DNA of 64,000 bases from Lophium mytilinum (Eukaryota), in the NCBI GenBank assembly GCA_010093605.1, contig MU004199.1:186001-250000 (forward strand), given 5' to 3'. Positions 24,178-35,302 of this stretch are shown here, piece by piece; within the stretch, counting starts at the first letter, position 1, and each line of letters begins with the position of its first letter. A program made the position numbers and the translations under genes. Below the pieces are notes generated by a model, which was given only the letters and a program-made list of their open reading frames with translations, had not been told where the DNA came from and did no database searches.

Positions 24178-24983
24178 CGACACCCAAGGAGTGATATTCG
24201 TGTGCTCAGATGGATGGCCTAGTATTGTATTTGTAGATCATAGAATAGCTTGTGAATGCCCGAATGTTACTACTTGGGGCAGCTCAGCGTATCGCCAGGG
24301 AATCGGATATGATGCTGGACCGAAGTTCACAGAGCAAGAATGAAAGATGAGATGGCTGATCATGATTCGTTTACCTAACCAAGTGCCCCAACTTATTCCC
24401 AAGGGCCCTGACATAATCCAAACTTACTCTACCTGACCTCCAAGAAGCTCTTCACGAAGCTTTGTGGTACTTGGTCGAAAATCGTATCCTGCTCGCGAAA
24501 CTGCGAGGCGCGCTAAACTCCGTCCGTTTGCCAAGCTCTATATCATCCACAGCTTTACAGAAACCTCCCCCTCGGTATTCCTTATGCTGCTCAATCTCAT
24601 AGCATAATCTGATGGCACTATCTTCTAGTGACCGTATAAAGTACGAGTCGTCGTAAGCGCGAGTGCAGGCATGACAGGTCTCCGGACTGAAGAAGTATTA
24701 GCGTACGCAATAGACGCTCGTTGTTGTAAGAGGTTGGAATGGCTTACAGATTTGTGCCAGCCGCGATGTACGCGAAGGCCAGTAGGAACACGTTCATGAT
24801 CATGACGAAGTTGTACGTCCACTGTGCCCACTCCATCTCGCCGCTGGCAATGGCGCTCCTGGCGATGAGAAGAGTAGCTAAGATCCCGGCTGGTACGGTG
24901 CTGACCATGATGTAATTTTCCACAAACCAGGCGATGGTGACCTGCTTGCGGACCTAGGAGAGTTATTAGTCGCGTCTTAAGAT

Positions 24984-25618
24984 TCAAGGTAGAACAAATC
25001 TTACATCTTCTGACTCAAGAGCTCCGAACTTGGAGTCAAGATTAAACGGAAGTGTATGGAAAGAGTTGAGGATGATCCACATGTACGAGATGAAGAAGCC
25101 AAGCGCAAAATACAAGCATACGGCGAATCGCTCCTCATTCAAAGCTGCGGCTTCCGACCCCTCATATAAGCCTGCACATAAACGTCGACATAAGTAGAGG
25201 GCCTCCCACAATGCGAGCATGATAGCGCCATAAGTGCACACTGCCCGACGCCCTTTACTGCAGTACTCTACTAACATATAGATTCCGATTAACAGGAGGC
25301 ATGTACCGGAGAGTAGATACATCTGGCGTAACGCGTAATTAATGCACCCGGCTTCCGACTGTCCCGCTTCCGCGATTTGACAGTAATCTTCTGGCGTCCA
25401 GAGATTGTAATTGGGTCGGCCTAGAAGTCGGAAGAAAGCGGCGTCGACGGGAAGTATGGGCAGGAATACCAGAAAGGCCAAGCGAGCGCGGATGACCAAG
25501 TCTATGGGCGTTCTAGGTAGTTTTTCTAGGTCTTGAACTCCATCCTTGGAGTCTTCGAGTCCTTTCTTGGGGTCTAGAAAACCCTTTTCGGGTCGGTAAT
25601 GTGCTTCTCGTCTTCCAT
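24984..25618 (-). pseudogene. Small multi-TM membrane protein, paralog of 34097-34666, with an N-terminal frameshift
   Basis: ATG 25618 reads MEDEKHITDP, then a 1-nt slip at ~25590 into EKGFLDPKKGLEDSKDGVQDLEKL...; hydrophobic helices; visible similarity to the 34097 ORF. Confidence 0.6.
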
Positions 25619-26239
25619 CTGAAGTGTTTGGAATTAGGGGCGTGGATGATGGGATTGGCGATTTTCAGTGTTAGAATGAAGAGGAAACTTTGAAAAGAAA
25701 GAGACGTGGCCGCTTTATGTACGCTTGGTACCGCATTTTCATTACCCACGGTACAGCGTGGAAATCATACCAACGTAAATCAAGACTTACCAAGGGAACT
25801 ACCGCACCTCATACTTGACAAGGTTACTTCGGAGAATACCAGATATCGGTAGTCTGTGTATAGCATTCACAGATCTCGTCTTGATCGATCTTCTGGTTTC
25901 TTGCTAGTATTTCGTTCGCTGCGCTTTTCAAATGAGCAGTCATCGATCTTCATCTTAAGACATGCTTGGCATTTCAGTAGGCCAATTGAGTATGTCGGCG
26001 GAGCCATTACTACATTCTGCGTTACAGAATACCATCATCACGACGATTTTGAAGGAAGGAACGAAAGTCGTCCCAACCCCAAATCCCACCCCCGGACCGG
26101 AAAAACCCATCGGCCAAATTTCTCATCTGCCCCACTACCCCTCCAACGCCATCCCAACTTCTTCACTTTCCGAAGTACCTAACTTTTTCATCACAACTCC
26201 TCCTAACTTCCACACAACACTCCTTACCCCAATCCCAAA

Positions 26240-27067
26240 ATGTCCAACCCCCCCACAACCCCCCTCCCCGCCCACAAACTCACCTTCCTCCAATCCTGCC
26301 TCAGCGCCAACGCCCTAAAATTCGGCACCTTCACCCTAAAATCCGGCCGCACATCCCCCTACTTCTTCAACGCCGGCCTCTTCCACGAGGGGCACCTACT
26401 GCGCTCAATCTCGACCGCTTTCGCCGAAACAATCCACAACTCCCCCCTCTGCCGAGCCACAGGTGAGGCAGCGGCTGGACTCCTGGTCCAGAGTAGAGTC
26501 CCGGTCCAGAGTGTCCTCCCAGGGGAGGTGGGCTTCGACATCCTCTTCGGCCCCGCCTACAAAGGCATCCCGCTCGCCGCCACCACTCTCCTCAAACTCT
26601 GCGACCGCTCCGAAGCCCGCTACGGCGCGCTGTCCTACTCCTTCAACCGCAAAGAAGCGAAAGACCACGGCGAGGGGGGCAACATTGTCGGCGCGCCTTT
26701 GAAAAACAAACGCGTCGTGATCATCGATGATGTTATCACCGCGGGGACGGCGATTCGCGAGGCGATTGAGATAATCAAGGTGCAGGGGGGGAAGTTGGTG
26801 GGGATTGTGGTGGCGTTTGATCGGATGGAGAGGGTGGGGGATGGGGAGGCGCAGCGGGGGAGTGCGATTGGGGAGGTAAGGAGGCAGTGTGAGTGAACGA
26901 TGAGGCGAGGGTTTTGTAAGGATTGCGGCTAATTGTGGACAGATGGCGTGCCGGTGCTGAGTATCTTGAGTTTGGACGATGTGGTGGAGTTTCTCAGGGG
27001 GTTGGGGGGCGAGGAGGATTTGAGGCGGTTGCAGGAATATAGAGAACGATACCAAGCGAGGGATTGA
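26240..27067 (+). CDS. URA5: Orotate phosphoribosyltransferase
   Basis: [56 protein letters not shown]; intron ~26889-26942. Confidence 0.96.
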
Positions 27068-27419
27068 GGGGGCGATGGTAAGCGAGGGATCGAGAGATGG
27101 CTATATGCGTGTTTTTTGGAGTTCGGACGGTCAAGGTAATGGGGGGCATAGATGTTGTAGAACAACATTCTCCAACGAGAGTAGGGCATAGTGATGGGGT
27201 TTGTATACCAAAAAGCGCTTTTGATTTTGGCTGTGCTTATCAAGCAAGCAGTGTTACTATTTTTGTAGGAATCCCAGCGCTGTCTGTTCAGACGCCTTCC
27301 ACGCTCCCGCTCCAATGCAAGATCAAAATCAAAAACTTCGCCCACCATATCTTACAACATCCCCTCTCAAAATCCCGCTCCATACACCCAGGCCTAGGTT
27401 ATGAAGACGCTCATAGAAC

Positions 27420-29045
27420 CTAAACATGATTATCCGGTGCCGTATGCGTCTTTTCCCTCTCCTCCTCCCCCTCCTCCGTCTCACTCTGGCTCAACCTTGG
27501 CTGCTGCATACTCCTCCTAACCGCCATATCCGCCCTCGTCTTCGTCATCAACGCCTCCCTAATCTCCTGCTTGCTCCGCTGCGCCCACGCCTCATACCCC
27601 TTCATGCTCAGCGGAAACAGCACCAAATTCTCCGCCTTCGCGATCCACTCACTACTCTCCGGCTTCGGCGCGCTAGTAATGATATCAATATCCGCGGCGA
27701 GCTCCTCGCAGTACGCGTCGAGCGGGAGGTCGTTGACGTCCATGCCGAAGGGGTTCTCGATCTCGCGGCCGATGGCGGCTATGCCGAGGATGATGTAGGC
27801 GGCGAAGATGGTGCCGGGGATCGTTACCCAGCGCAGCGCGTCCCAAAGTTGGAAGGGCAACATCATGACGTAGACCCAGGTGATTTGTGAGATGGCGATG
27901 GAGTAGGCGACGGGGAGGGGGGTGTGCAGGACGCGCTCGGTGCCGATGAGGACTTCGTTGAGGGCGACGACGGAGTTGACTGGGGGTGTTAGTGGAGGTT
28001 TGAGGGAATGGGGAGGGGAGGGGAGGGGAGGGAGGGGAATGCATACCGGCTTGCGTTTGGTAGATTGGCACGGAGAGGTTACCGTTTGCGATGAGGCCGT
28101 CGATGTAGGAGGAGAGATAGGTAATGATTTCGACAGGGAGGTTGCCGAGCGGCTTCTTGCTCCTCTTGATGAGTTTTCGCGGGTTGGACTCTGCGAACGA
28201 GACGCCAAGGTACTCGCCCACGCTCTTCCAAGGGGACTTCTTGCCTGGCTTCTCGAGGTGGGGTTGGGCGACTTTGGCGAAGGTGTCGAGGTATTCTACG
28301 AGGCCGTGCAGGTCGTCGTATTCAATGCCGGGTTCGAAACGGAGCTTGTGCTTCATGGCGTTGGCGAAAGCATTGATTAGGTTGAGGGCAGTCCTGCATT
28401 ACTTGTCAGTTTTCCACGGTTCGGTGTTCGTAGGGGATGGTTCCAGGTATGCTCACAGCTTGGCGAGCAAATCCTCCTTGCCCACATCGCCATCACGCTC
28501 CTTGCTATGGATCCAAACTGTGCGTGCCAGATTCTGCCCCACGAATGTCAATTGGCCCCAGAACTTCCGGCCCTCAGCGTAGCGTTCGTAGGCGGTGGAA
28601 GTCCGGAAGCTGATAGCCATACCGACGACGAAACCAAGGACCGTGAGCAGCAGGCTTGACACCTTGAGTGGGAAGATGAACTGGGAGATGCAAGTGATGA
28701 GGGTGGACCATAAGGAGACAATGATGACCGGGAGTATCATTTTAGGGAGGACGGAGCCGTGCATTCGCATGAAGAAGGGCCATTTGCTATGCTTGTTCAT
28801 GTCGCGTGGCCCAATCTGCTACTGCATTAGAAACACTACTCCCACGTCCCAATTAAAGTCAAGGGAGTTCGAATGCTTACGAAGTAGTCGTCGAGGTCCA
28901 CGCTCCCACCGGTCATCCTCCGCGTCTGCATCCGCAGTGGCTGCTGCCATGATACAGGCGAGAGCGGGCCTCTATTGGCAGAATTCGTACTGGCTCTAGT
29001 GTCTTGAATCTCAACCTGCTTGGGCTTGGGACGCTTGTCGGCCAT
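27420..29045 (-). CDS. UPF0187 / bestrophin-family (YneE-like) channel protein, multi-exon
   Basis: ISFRTSTAYERYAEGRKFWG, ERVLHTPLPVAYSI, IGREIENPFGMDVNDLPLD. Confidence 0.9.
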
Positions 29046-29890
29046 TCTGGCGAATCAGAAAGATGAAGGATGAGGTTTTAGAAAGAAACTGCCCAGCAGC
29101 TTGCGATTGTGAAAACGAAGAAGTAGTAGAGATTATGAGAGAGTAGCTGGGGTTAGTATTTCAAGTAAAACGAAAAGAGTGAAGATGGCAAGCGGAAGAG
29201 TCCAGAACCATTGATGGAGCGGTGGGAGGGTCTTATGAAGGAAAGATTTTCGGCCCCAGACACTCGTGCTCGTGGTGGATCAAGTGGTGCGTGTCACGAC
29301 TGCAGTCATCAGCATGCCTGTCAGAGAAGCACAGCAGGGGTCCCTCTGTGAGCCTCTCTCCGCCTTGGGGCCTTGGGGGCGTCTCCCCCTGAATCGTCGG
29401 CCAATGGCACGGGTTGTGGGTGGTGAAGGGGCTCTCGTGCAAGGGGCGTGTCGCGGGTTTGCGTTTCAAAACATCACGCTCCGGAAGCTTGGCGTCGCTA
29501 ATGGTGCGGCCCGCAAGTTACCCCCGGGCGCCAAATCCGCCCCCTTTGCCATGCATGTGAGATGCACATTTGCTGAATGCGGCGCCTGCTGCAGAAGACC
29601 GTTGGGGGGGCCATATGTAGGTAACCATAACCATTGGATGTCTATATATGCGCCTACTTGCATACTTTATAGCGCAGTTGGAGTGTCACAGTTTCTATTC
29701 GAGAGCCTAGTTGCTGTTACACATTGCAAAGGCCGGTAAGCACGCGCTATCCCGATGGAGAGAGTGACATTTTTGGACACGACCTGTCATCAAACCCTGC
29801 GTGCAGGACCCACTCGGCATCCGGCAGCCAGCGCAGTGACATCCATCGGGATCCCGTCCACGAAGTCAATTGACTTGCCCAGAGCATCCT

Positions 29891-30784
29891 TCACCTTCCT
29901 CGCAATGCAATTCGCCTCCTCTCGTCCTGACCTCGCTTGAGCTCCAGCTGCAGTTCTCGCGTCCTCCACGTCTCACCGTCCATGCAGACCCTCACCCGCC
30001 CGATGCGTTCGATCAGGAGCCAGTGTGCTGCCGCTACTTCGTGTCTAGGCGCCCAGATGTAGTTCCACACCGCATTGAGCTCCCTGAGTACCGCCTTGGG
30101 ATGCACAAGACCGTCTTCGATCTGTGAAGCGTCCATGTCCTCTGGAAGAAAGCCATCCCGGGGGACCTCTGATGGCGTGACTACATTGAGGACCAACTCG
30201 TCCACCATGAACGTCCTCGACGACTTCTTGTCAGAGGAGAAGTCCGGCCCATACTCAATGATGCGTTTCAATGCTGCACAGATCCCCCATGCAATGCGTC
30301 CTGGCGGTTTCCCAATGATCCATGGGGAGGCCCATTTGCGCTTCCGGTTTCCAGTCAATCGCACGTCTACTTGGAGGTGATGGAGATGGGTGTATGTAGT
30401 CGGTTTCCAGAATCGCGGCCGTTCGACGTGTGTTCTCACCAGCGGAAATGAGAGCCACGTCACGTAGATATTTCGCTCGTCCTCAACCAGACAGTCTAGT
30501 TTGAGTGGCATCTCCCGCCGCGACTTTGCTCGAGTGATTACGTGCCCCATCTCTTCGCGCATTTGGTGGTTGCATCGCAGGAAAGTCGAGCAGGTGTCCG
30601 GCACCCCGTCAAGCGTGTATGAGTTGCCAACTTCTCCAGGCTGCTCCGAATGCGTCGTGACTTCGTGGACTTTCCACATCTGCAGCCGGTCATCGGAGAC
30701 GGACGGCCGCGGGAGTTCGTTGGTGAGGGCGGCGTAATATATCATGTCCCGCAGCTCGCGGGGAAGCTCTAGAAAAGCCGCCAT
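29891..30784 (-). CDS. Hypothetical protein with an N-terminal F-box-like motif
   Basis: MAAFLELPRELRDMIYYAAL; uninterrupted ORF of ~297 aa. Confidence 0.75.
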   Translation of the reverse strand: MAAFLELPRELRDMIYYAALTNELPRPSVSDDRLQMWKVHEVTTHSEQPGEVGNSYTLDGVPDTCSTFLRCNHQMREEMGHVITRAKSRREMPLKLDCLVEDERNIYVTWLSFPLVRTHVERPRFWKPTTYTHLHHLQVDVRLTGNRKRKWASPWIIGKPPGRIAWGICAALKRIIEYGPDFSSDKKSSRTFMVDELVLNVVTPSEVPRDGFLPEDMDASQIEDGLVHPKAVLRELNAVWNYIWAPRHEVAAAHWLLIERIGRVRVCMDGETWRTRELQLELKRGQDERRRIALRGR

Positions 30785-31294
30785 GGAGATGGTGTAACCA
30801 GAATGAGGTTCAGGCCCATTAATGTGAAGGTGAATGTGATACAATTCGGGTGGAGCAGGACTGCATTTGCATTGAGAGAAAGAATGCCCTCAAGTGTCGG
30901 ACTGTTGCATCGAGTCTTTCCGAGGTCTGGTCATCCTACGGCGCGCCACATATTCGCTAACCACATTTAGTCGCCCGTAGCTATCATCTCGCATCTATCA
31001 TCTCTCTCAGCCTTGGGAGTCTTCAGACAACATTCCCAGCCATCACTCTCAATCCTACTCGTCTCGAGCTTATACGTCCTTCAAGTTGCTCATCATGCTT
31101 TGAGGTTCCCCAAGCAGTGCTCCAAACCACCAAGCCAGTGCTTACCAACCGAACTCCCACTGAGCACCCTCGCGGGGAGACGTACAGATTGATCTATATG
31201 CACCCAAGATGCCGACAAAGAGCCCAAGTAACCTAGACAGTGAGCGATAGGAGCCCTGCCAACCAAAGCTTGACAGCTCTTACATCTCATTCGG

Positions 31295-31365
31295 ATCTCG
31301 GATAATACATCAGGGTACTCCAAAAGTCACCAGGCTGGTGTAAACACACCTGTTCCCAGGTACTG
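31295..31365. repeat. Reverse copy of the dispersed motif upstream of the HET gene
   Basis: tcggataat...gggtactccaaaagtcaccaggctggtgtaaaca; shares gggtactccaa...ggtgt with the copy at 18105. Confidence 0.5.
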
Positions 31366-31600
31366 TAGAACTACAGTAATAGGATACAAGTTTGGGGAGG
31401 CTGTCATTTTCATCTTGTACCGTATTATGATCAAGTGCTAGGGACCACAAACAACGGCAAGTCTGCTTATGGTCAGCTTGTGGAAATCCTCTAATTCACG
31501 CTCCTAGGGAATCAACGTTGAATCAAAACTCTTTGAATGATTGAGACACCCCTAACGGTCGTGGACAAGGGTGCCCAGGCTTGTGTCGAAGCACTGTACC

Positions 31601-33697
31601 ATGTCTGTGTTCTCGAGGATACGCCAATCCTGGCAGGCTCGCCGTACCGATTATCCAGAGCTGCCTATCCCTGCTCAGTCCACTGACGAAGCCTGTCCTG
31701 ATTGTTGGGAAATTCTGCACGGTCTGTTACACGCGGTTAACTCTAAGCTCGCCCTAAGAAACGTTGCACACTTCTTAGAACGAAGAGATTGCCCATTATG
31801 CCATGTTATTTTGAGTATATATCCGGGATTAACCCATGAGCGGCGTAAATCGACACTTGCATGTGAATTTTCCGGTTTCACACAGGATGGATGGGTGATA
31901 ATAGTATATGTCAACGGTGGAGAAAGGGGACGCATCCGCGTCTTCCATCCGGAAAATCAATCGAGGTTCTTTCTACGCCCGGAATTCATGGCTGATACTG
32001 CGAATTCACTGGACAGGGCTCTTCTGCCCTGGACTAGGGTCTCTTTTGGGTCTCTTATGTCTTGGAAACGAAAATCTTTGAGCCCTGATTCTAGATATTC
32101 AAGTTCCAGGGTAACACCATCTCCGAAACCCACCCGTTCATTCAGAAAGGTTTCTTCGAACTTTATGAACAGGTTCCAGGATCAAATTTCCATTCCTCTT
32201 GTTCGTGGCTGGCTACACGACTGCGAAGCTCATCATCATAGTACCTGTTCTCGGGCTGTTCTGACCGAACGTCAGGGTAACCCCGTGGACATACTCCTCA
32301 TAAACGTCAAAGGCCAGCGTCTCGTATGGACAACTTCCTCCACGAGATATGTCGCTTTAAGTTACGTGTGGGGCCGCATTGACAGCTTTCAGACGACCAA
32401 ATCTACCTTAAAAAGTCTTGAAGATCCTGGAGGGCTTCTCCTACACTCTCTTCCTCCGGTAGTTCAAGACGCACTGGCATTTGTTAAAGTGATGGGCGAA
32501 ACCTATTTATGGATCGACCAGCTCTGTATTGTGCAAGATGACGCAGATTTGAAGCATCGGGACATTCATCAAATGGATATGATATATAGTCACGCTTGCT
32601 GGACTATTGTTGTCCTATCTGGGGAAAGTGCAGACGCGTACATTCCAGGAATTCGTCCGGGATCTCGCGTCAAATGGCAATCAACGACATCCGTACCTCT
32701 GGACAAGGCATTGGAGAATTCGCCTTTGGAACAACGTGCGTGGACGATGCAAGAAAGGATGCTCTCCCAGCGCTGCGTTTATTTCACGAACCAGCAGGTG
32801 TATTTCCAATGTCTGAACGGCGTCAAATCCGAAGTCCCAGCTGGGATAGGCCAGGAGAACCTCAATGGTACTACCTTGGTGTCAAATCCCCTCGTCTCAG
32901 CACGTCTGCACCAGTACGACGAAAGTTGGAGCTGGAAGTTCGATATCTATAGGGACCTGGTTCAGAAATACTCCCGGCGCCAACTATCGTTTCCTTCGGA
33001 CATCTTGAATGCTTTCTATGGAATTACTAAAGCATTGCAAAAATGCGGTTCCGGGGACTTCGTTAGCGGCATACCAAGAAGCGCATTGAATGTGGCCCTC
33101 TTGTGGGTTCCAGCAGCGCCGCTAGAGAGGCGATATATAAATGGGCGTCATCTGCCTAGTTGGAGCTGGGCAGCGTGGATCGGAGCGGTCGAATGGCCGT
33201 CCAATATCCCTAGAAGTGTGGCTGTTCACTGTGTAACGGCTAGATGCACCTTGCCCTTCCCCGAACTTCCGATGGAATCTGAAGACGCTATTCGCATCCT
33301 TGCGCGAAGAACCAAGGACTTTGACATCCGCCGATCCGGTCTAGTACCCTCGCAGTATGTGGTGTATACTAAGCAAGGCATACGCTGTGGTTGGGTATGT
33401 GGAAAGGATCCTCATGTTTTTGATCATGAGAATACGGCACAGGTCGAATACGTACGGCTATCGTCTCTCTTACTGGAAGACTTGAACTATGAGTCGGCTA
33501 CGTCTATGTTCGATAGCGCGCACTACGAAATCACACCGCGTTGTATCTTCAATGTGATGATCGTCCGCTGGGTAAACGAGGATTTCAAGAATGCGGAGAG
33601 AGTAGCGATCTGCCAGATACACAAAGATGCTTGGAAAGAATTCATTAGAGACCATACGGGAATTGAGCGTCCCGAAGAATGGATCAACCTTTTCTAA
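31601..33697 (+). CDS. Heterokaryon-incompatibility (HET domain) protein
   Basis: YVALSYVWG, YLWIDQLCIVQDD, MDMIYSHA, RAWTMQER, YSRRQLSFPSD, PSWSWAAW; intronless ORF. Confidence 0.92.
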   Translation: MSVFSRIRQSWQARRTDYPELPIPAQSTDEACPDCWEILHGLLHAVNSKLALRNVAHFLERRDCPLCHVILSIYPGLTHERRKSTLACEFSGFTQDGWVIIVYVNGGERGRIRVFHPENQSRFFLRPEFMADTANSLDRALLPWTRVSFGSLMSWKRKSLSPDSRYSSSRVTPSPKPTRSFRKVSSNFMNRFQDQISIPLVRGWLHDCEAHHHSTCSRAVLTERQGNPVDILLINVKGQRLVWTTSSTRYVALSYVWGRIDSFQTTKSTLKSLEDPGGLLLHSLPPVVQDALAFVKVMGETYLWIDQLCIVQDDADLKHRDIHQMDMIYSHACWTIVVLSGESADAYIPGIRPGSRVKWQSTTSVPLDKALENSPLEQRAWTMQERMLSQRCVYFTNQQVYFQCLNGVKSEVPAGIGQENLNGTTLVSNPLVSARLHQYDESWSWKFDIYRDLVQKYSRRQLSFPSDILNAFYGITKALQKCGSGDFVSGIPRSALNVALLWVPAAPLERRYINGRHLPSWSWAAWIGAVEWPSNIPRSVAVHCVTARCTLPFPELPMESEDAIRILARRTKDFDIRRSGLVPSQYVVYTKQGIRCGWVCGKDPHVFDHENTAQVEYVRLSSLLLEDLNYESATSMFDSAHYEITPRCIFNVMIVRWVNEDFKNAERVAICQIHKDAWKEFIRDHTGIERPEEWINLF

Positions 33698-33734
33698 CAC
33701 CCCCAACCTGGATCCAGACTAGGGCTATAGCCGG

Positions 33735-33900
33735 CACTTGTAGCTGTCTGAAGTGGCCCGAGGAGATGTTAAGGTATTCAAAGAAACACATCCACGGGGC
33801 ACGTCGAGATTCGGATAATCTTATGAAGCATCCCCAGCACTGGCAGAGAAGTGTGCATAGACTAGTCACCAGACCCCGCAGAGATGCCAAGCTACCTAGG
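33735..33900. repeat. Motif copies downstream of the HET gene
   Basis: Partial forward ctgtctgaagtg at ~33744; tcggataat at 33811; reverse cagcactggcagagaagtgtgcatagact, whose gtgtgcatagact is identical to 18130. Confidence 0.55.
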
Positions 33901-34096
33901 ACATTCCGAACGTACAACAGCGGTACTGGGTTCTATTCGGTACCATGAAACTCCGGAATGCCACACCTCCAAATCATGCCAACTTGCCTTTCTGACCTCA
34001 AACCAAGCTTTTTTTCGAAAGCATTTCAACAGATCTTAAGAGACCTCCGACTAGATCCTTCAAATCCCGGCGCTTAGTCTTGACTGCTCCTCACCC

Positions 34097-34666
34097 ATGA
34101 CAGGCATGTTCCCCGAAAAGTATTCCACGGATCTAGAGAAGGGCCCAACGGATCTCGAGGACCTCCGCACTGAACGGTCGTGGCTGGATCATGGCGAAGC
34201 GATACTCGCAGTATTGATCTACATCCCAGTCCTCCTCTACGACGAGACGCTCCGGTCGATGCGAGGCTCCGAGAGACTCTTTCTCTACGAAGCCCTCGAG
34301 TATAGTAGCGATAACGACGTCGATGCAGTCTTTGGGACTAATCTTCTCATTCTTTTCTTACACCTTTTCCCCTGGATCTTCATTTGCTTCCTAGCCCACA
34401 TCAAGGCATATCGCACCATTTGCGAGTATGTCGTCATACTTCCGACCCTATGGATGGTACTGTACCTGAGCCGATTTGTCTGTGCGGGAGCCTATGGAGG
34501 GGTAGATAACAACTCTTACAAGGAATGGTTTCTACCCGTGTCCATATTCTGCGGCATCGGTTTCCTAGTGTCTCATATGTGGATTCTTCTCTACACCTTC
34601 CGCTACAAAACTTTCAATAGGAACGAGCACTCAGAGGTATTTACTCAGCCCGCTATCAGCTACTGA
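34097..34666 (+). CDS. Small multi-TM membrane protein of unknown function
   Basis: 189-aa ORF with several hydrophobic helices; paralog at 24984-25618. Confidence 0.7.
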   Translation: MTGMFPEKYSTDLEKGPTDLEDLRTERSWLDHGEAILAVLIYIPVLLYDETLRSMRGSERLFLYEALEYSSDNDVDAVFGTNLLILFLHLFPWIFICFLAHIKAYRTICEYVVILPTLWMVLYLSRFVCAGAYGGVDNNSYKEWFLPVSIFCGIGFLVSHMWILLYTFRYKTFNRNEHSEVFTQPAISY

Positions 34667-35302
34667 ATCTTTATCGCCGTGCAAGCTCCGCGCTTACATC
34701 TTTCAGGGTATCGGGATCTGGTTTTCGAAAGTTAGTTTCAACGCTTGCGCGCCCACAATGACGCTGTTTGGTTTCGTTCTCTGCCTTGGAAGAACGCCGA
34801 ACTTGATCTTCTGGCTCCGGAACTTTCTGGTTCTTTTGGATGTGATGTTGTTCGCTTCGGCTATGTGGGTTCAAACTTCTTCATCAAGGGAGAATTGGGA
34901 ATGCTAATTCAGGTTCTAGTCCCGAGTCCAGCCTCGGAACGCCAGCGTACGAATTGAAAGAGACACTGTTTGAAGAATTGCAAGAATCATGTGGGATGAA
35001 AGAGAAGAGCGGGAAAATAAGGCTCGAGAAATACGAGTGGGAGTGATGAATTACTCAGCGTCATCAGCAATATACACTTCCGCCTTTGCTGCTGTTAGGG
35101 GTGATTGGAGGAATTTCAAGAGTCCGCAGGATCTATCCCTCATAAGTATCAAACTGCACATCAAGAAGCAGTCATATGAGATCGTTTAACGACATCTTTC
35201 TCGTTCACATTCCCAACCCCTATTAAAATACTCCATCTACAACACTCCATCAACAGCGAACCCCACAGACAACTCAATCGACCATCACTCCACCCCCTAA
35301 CC

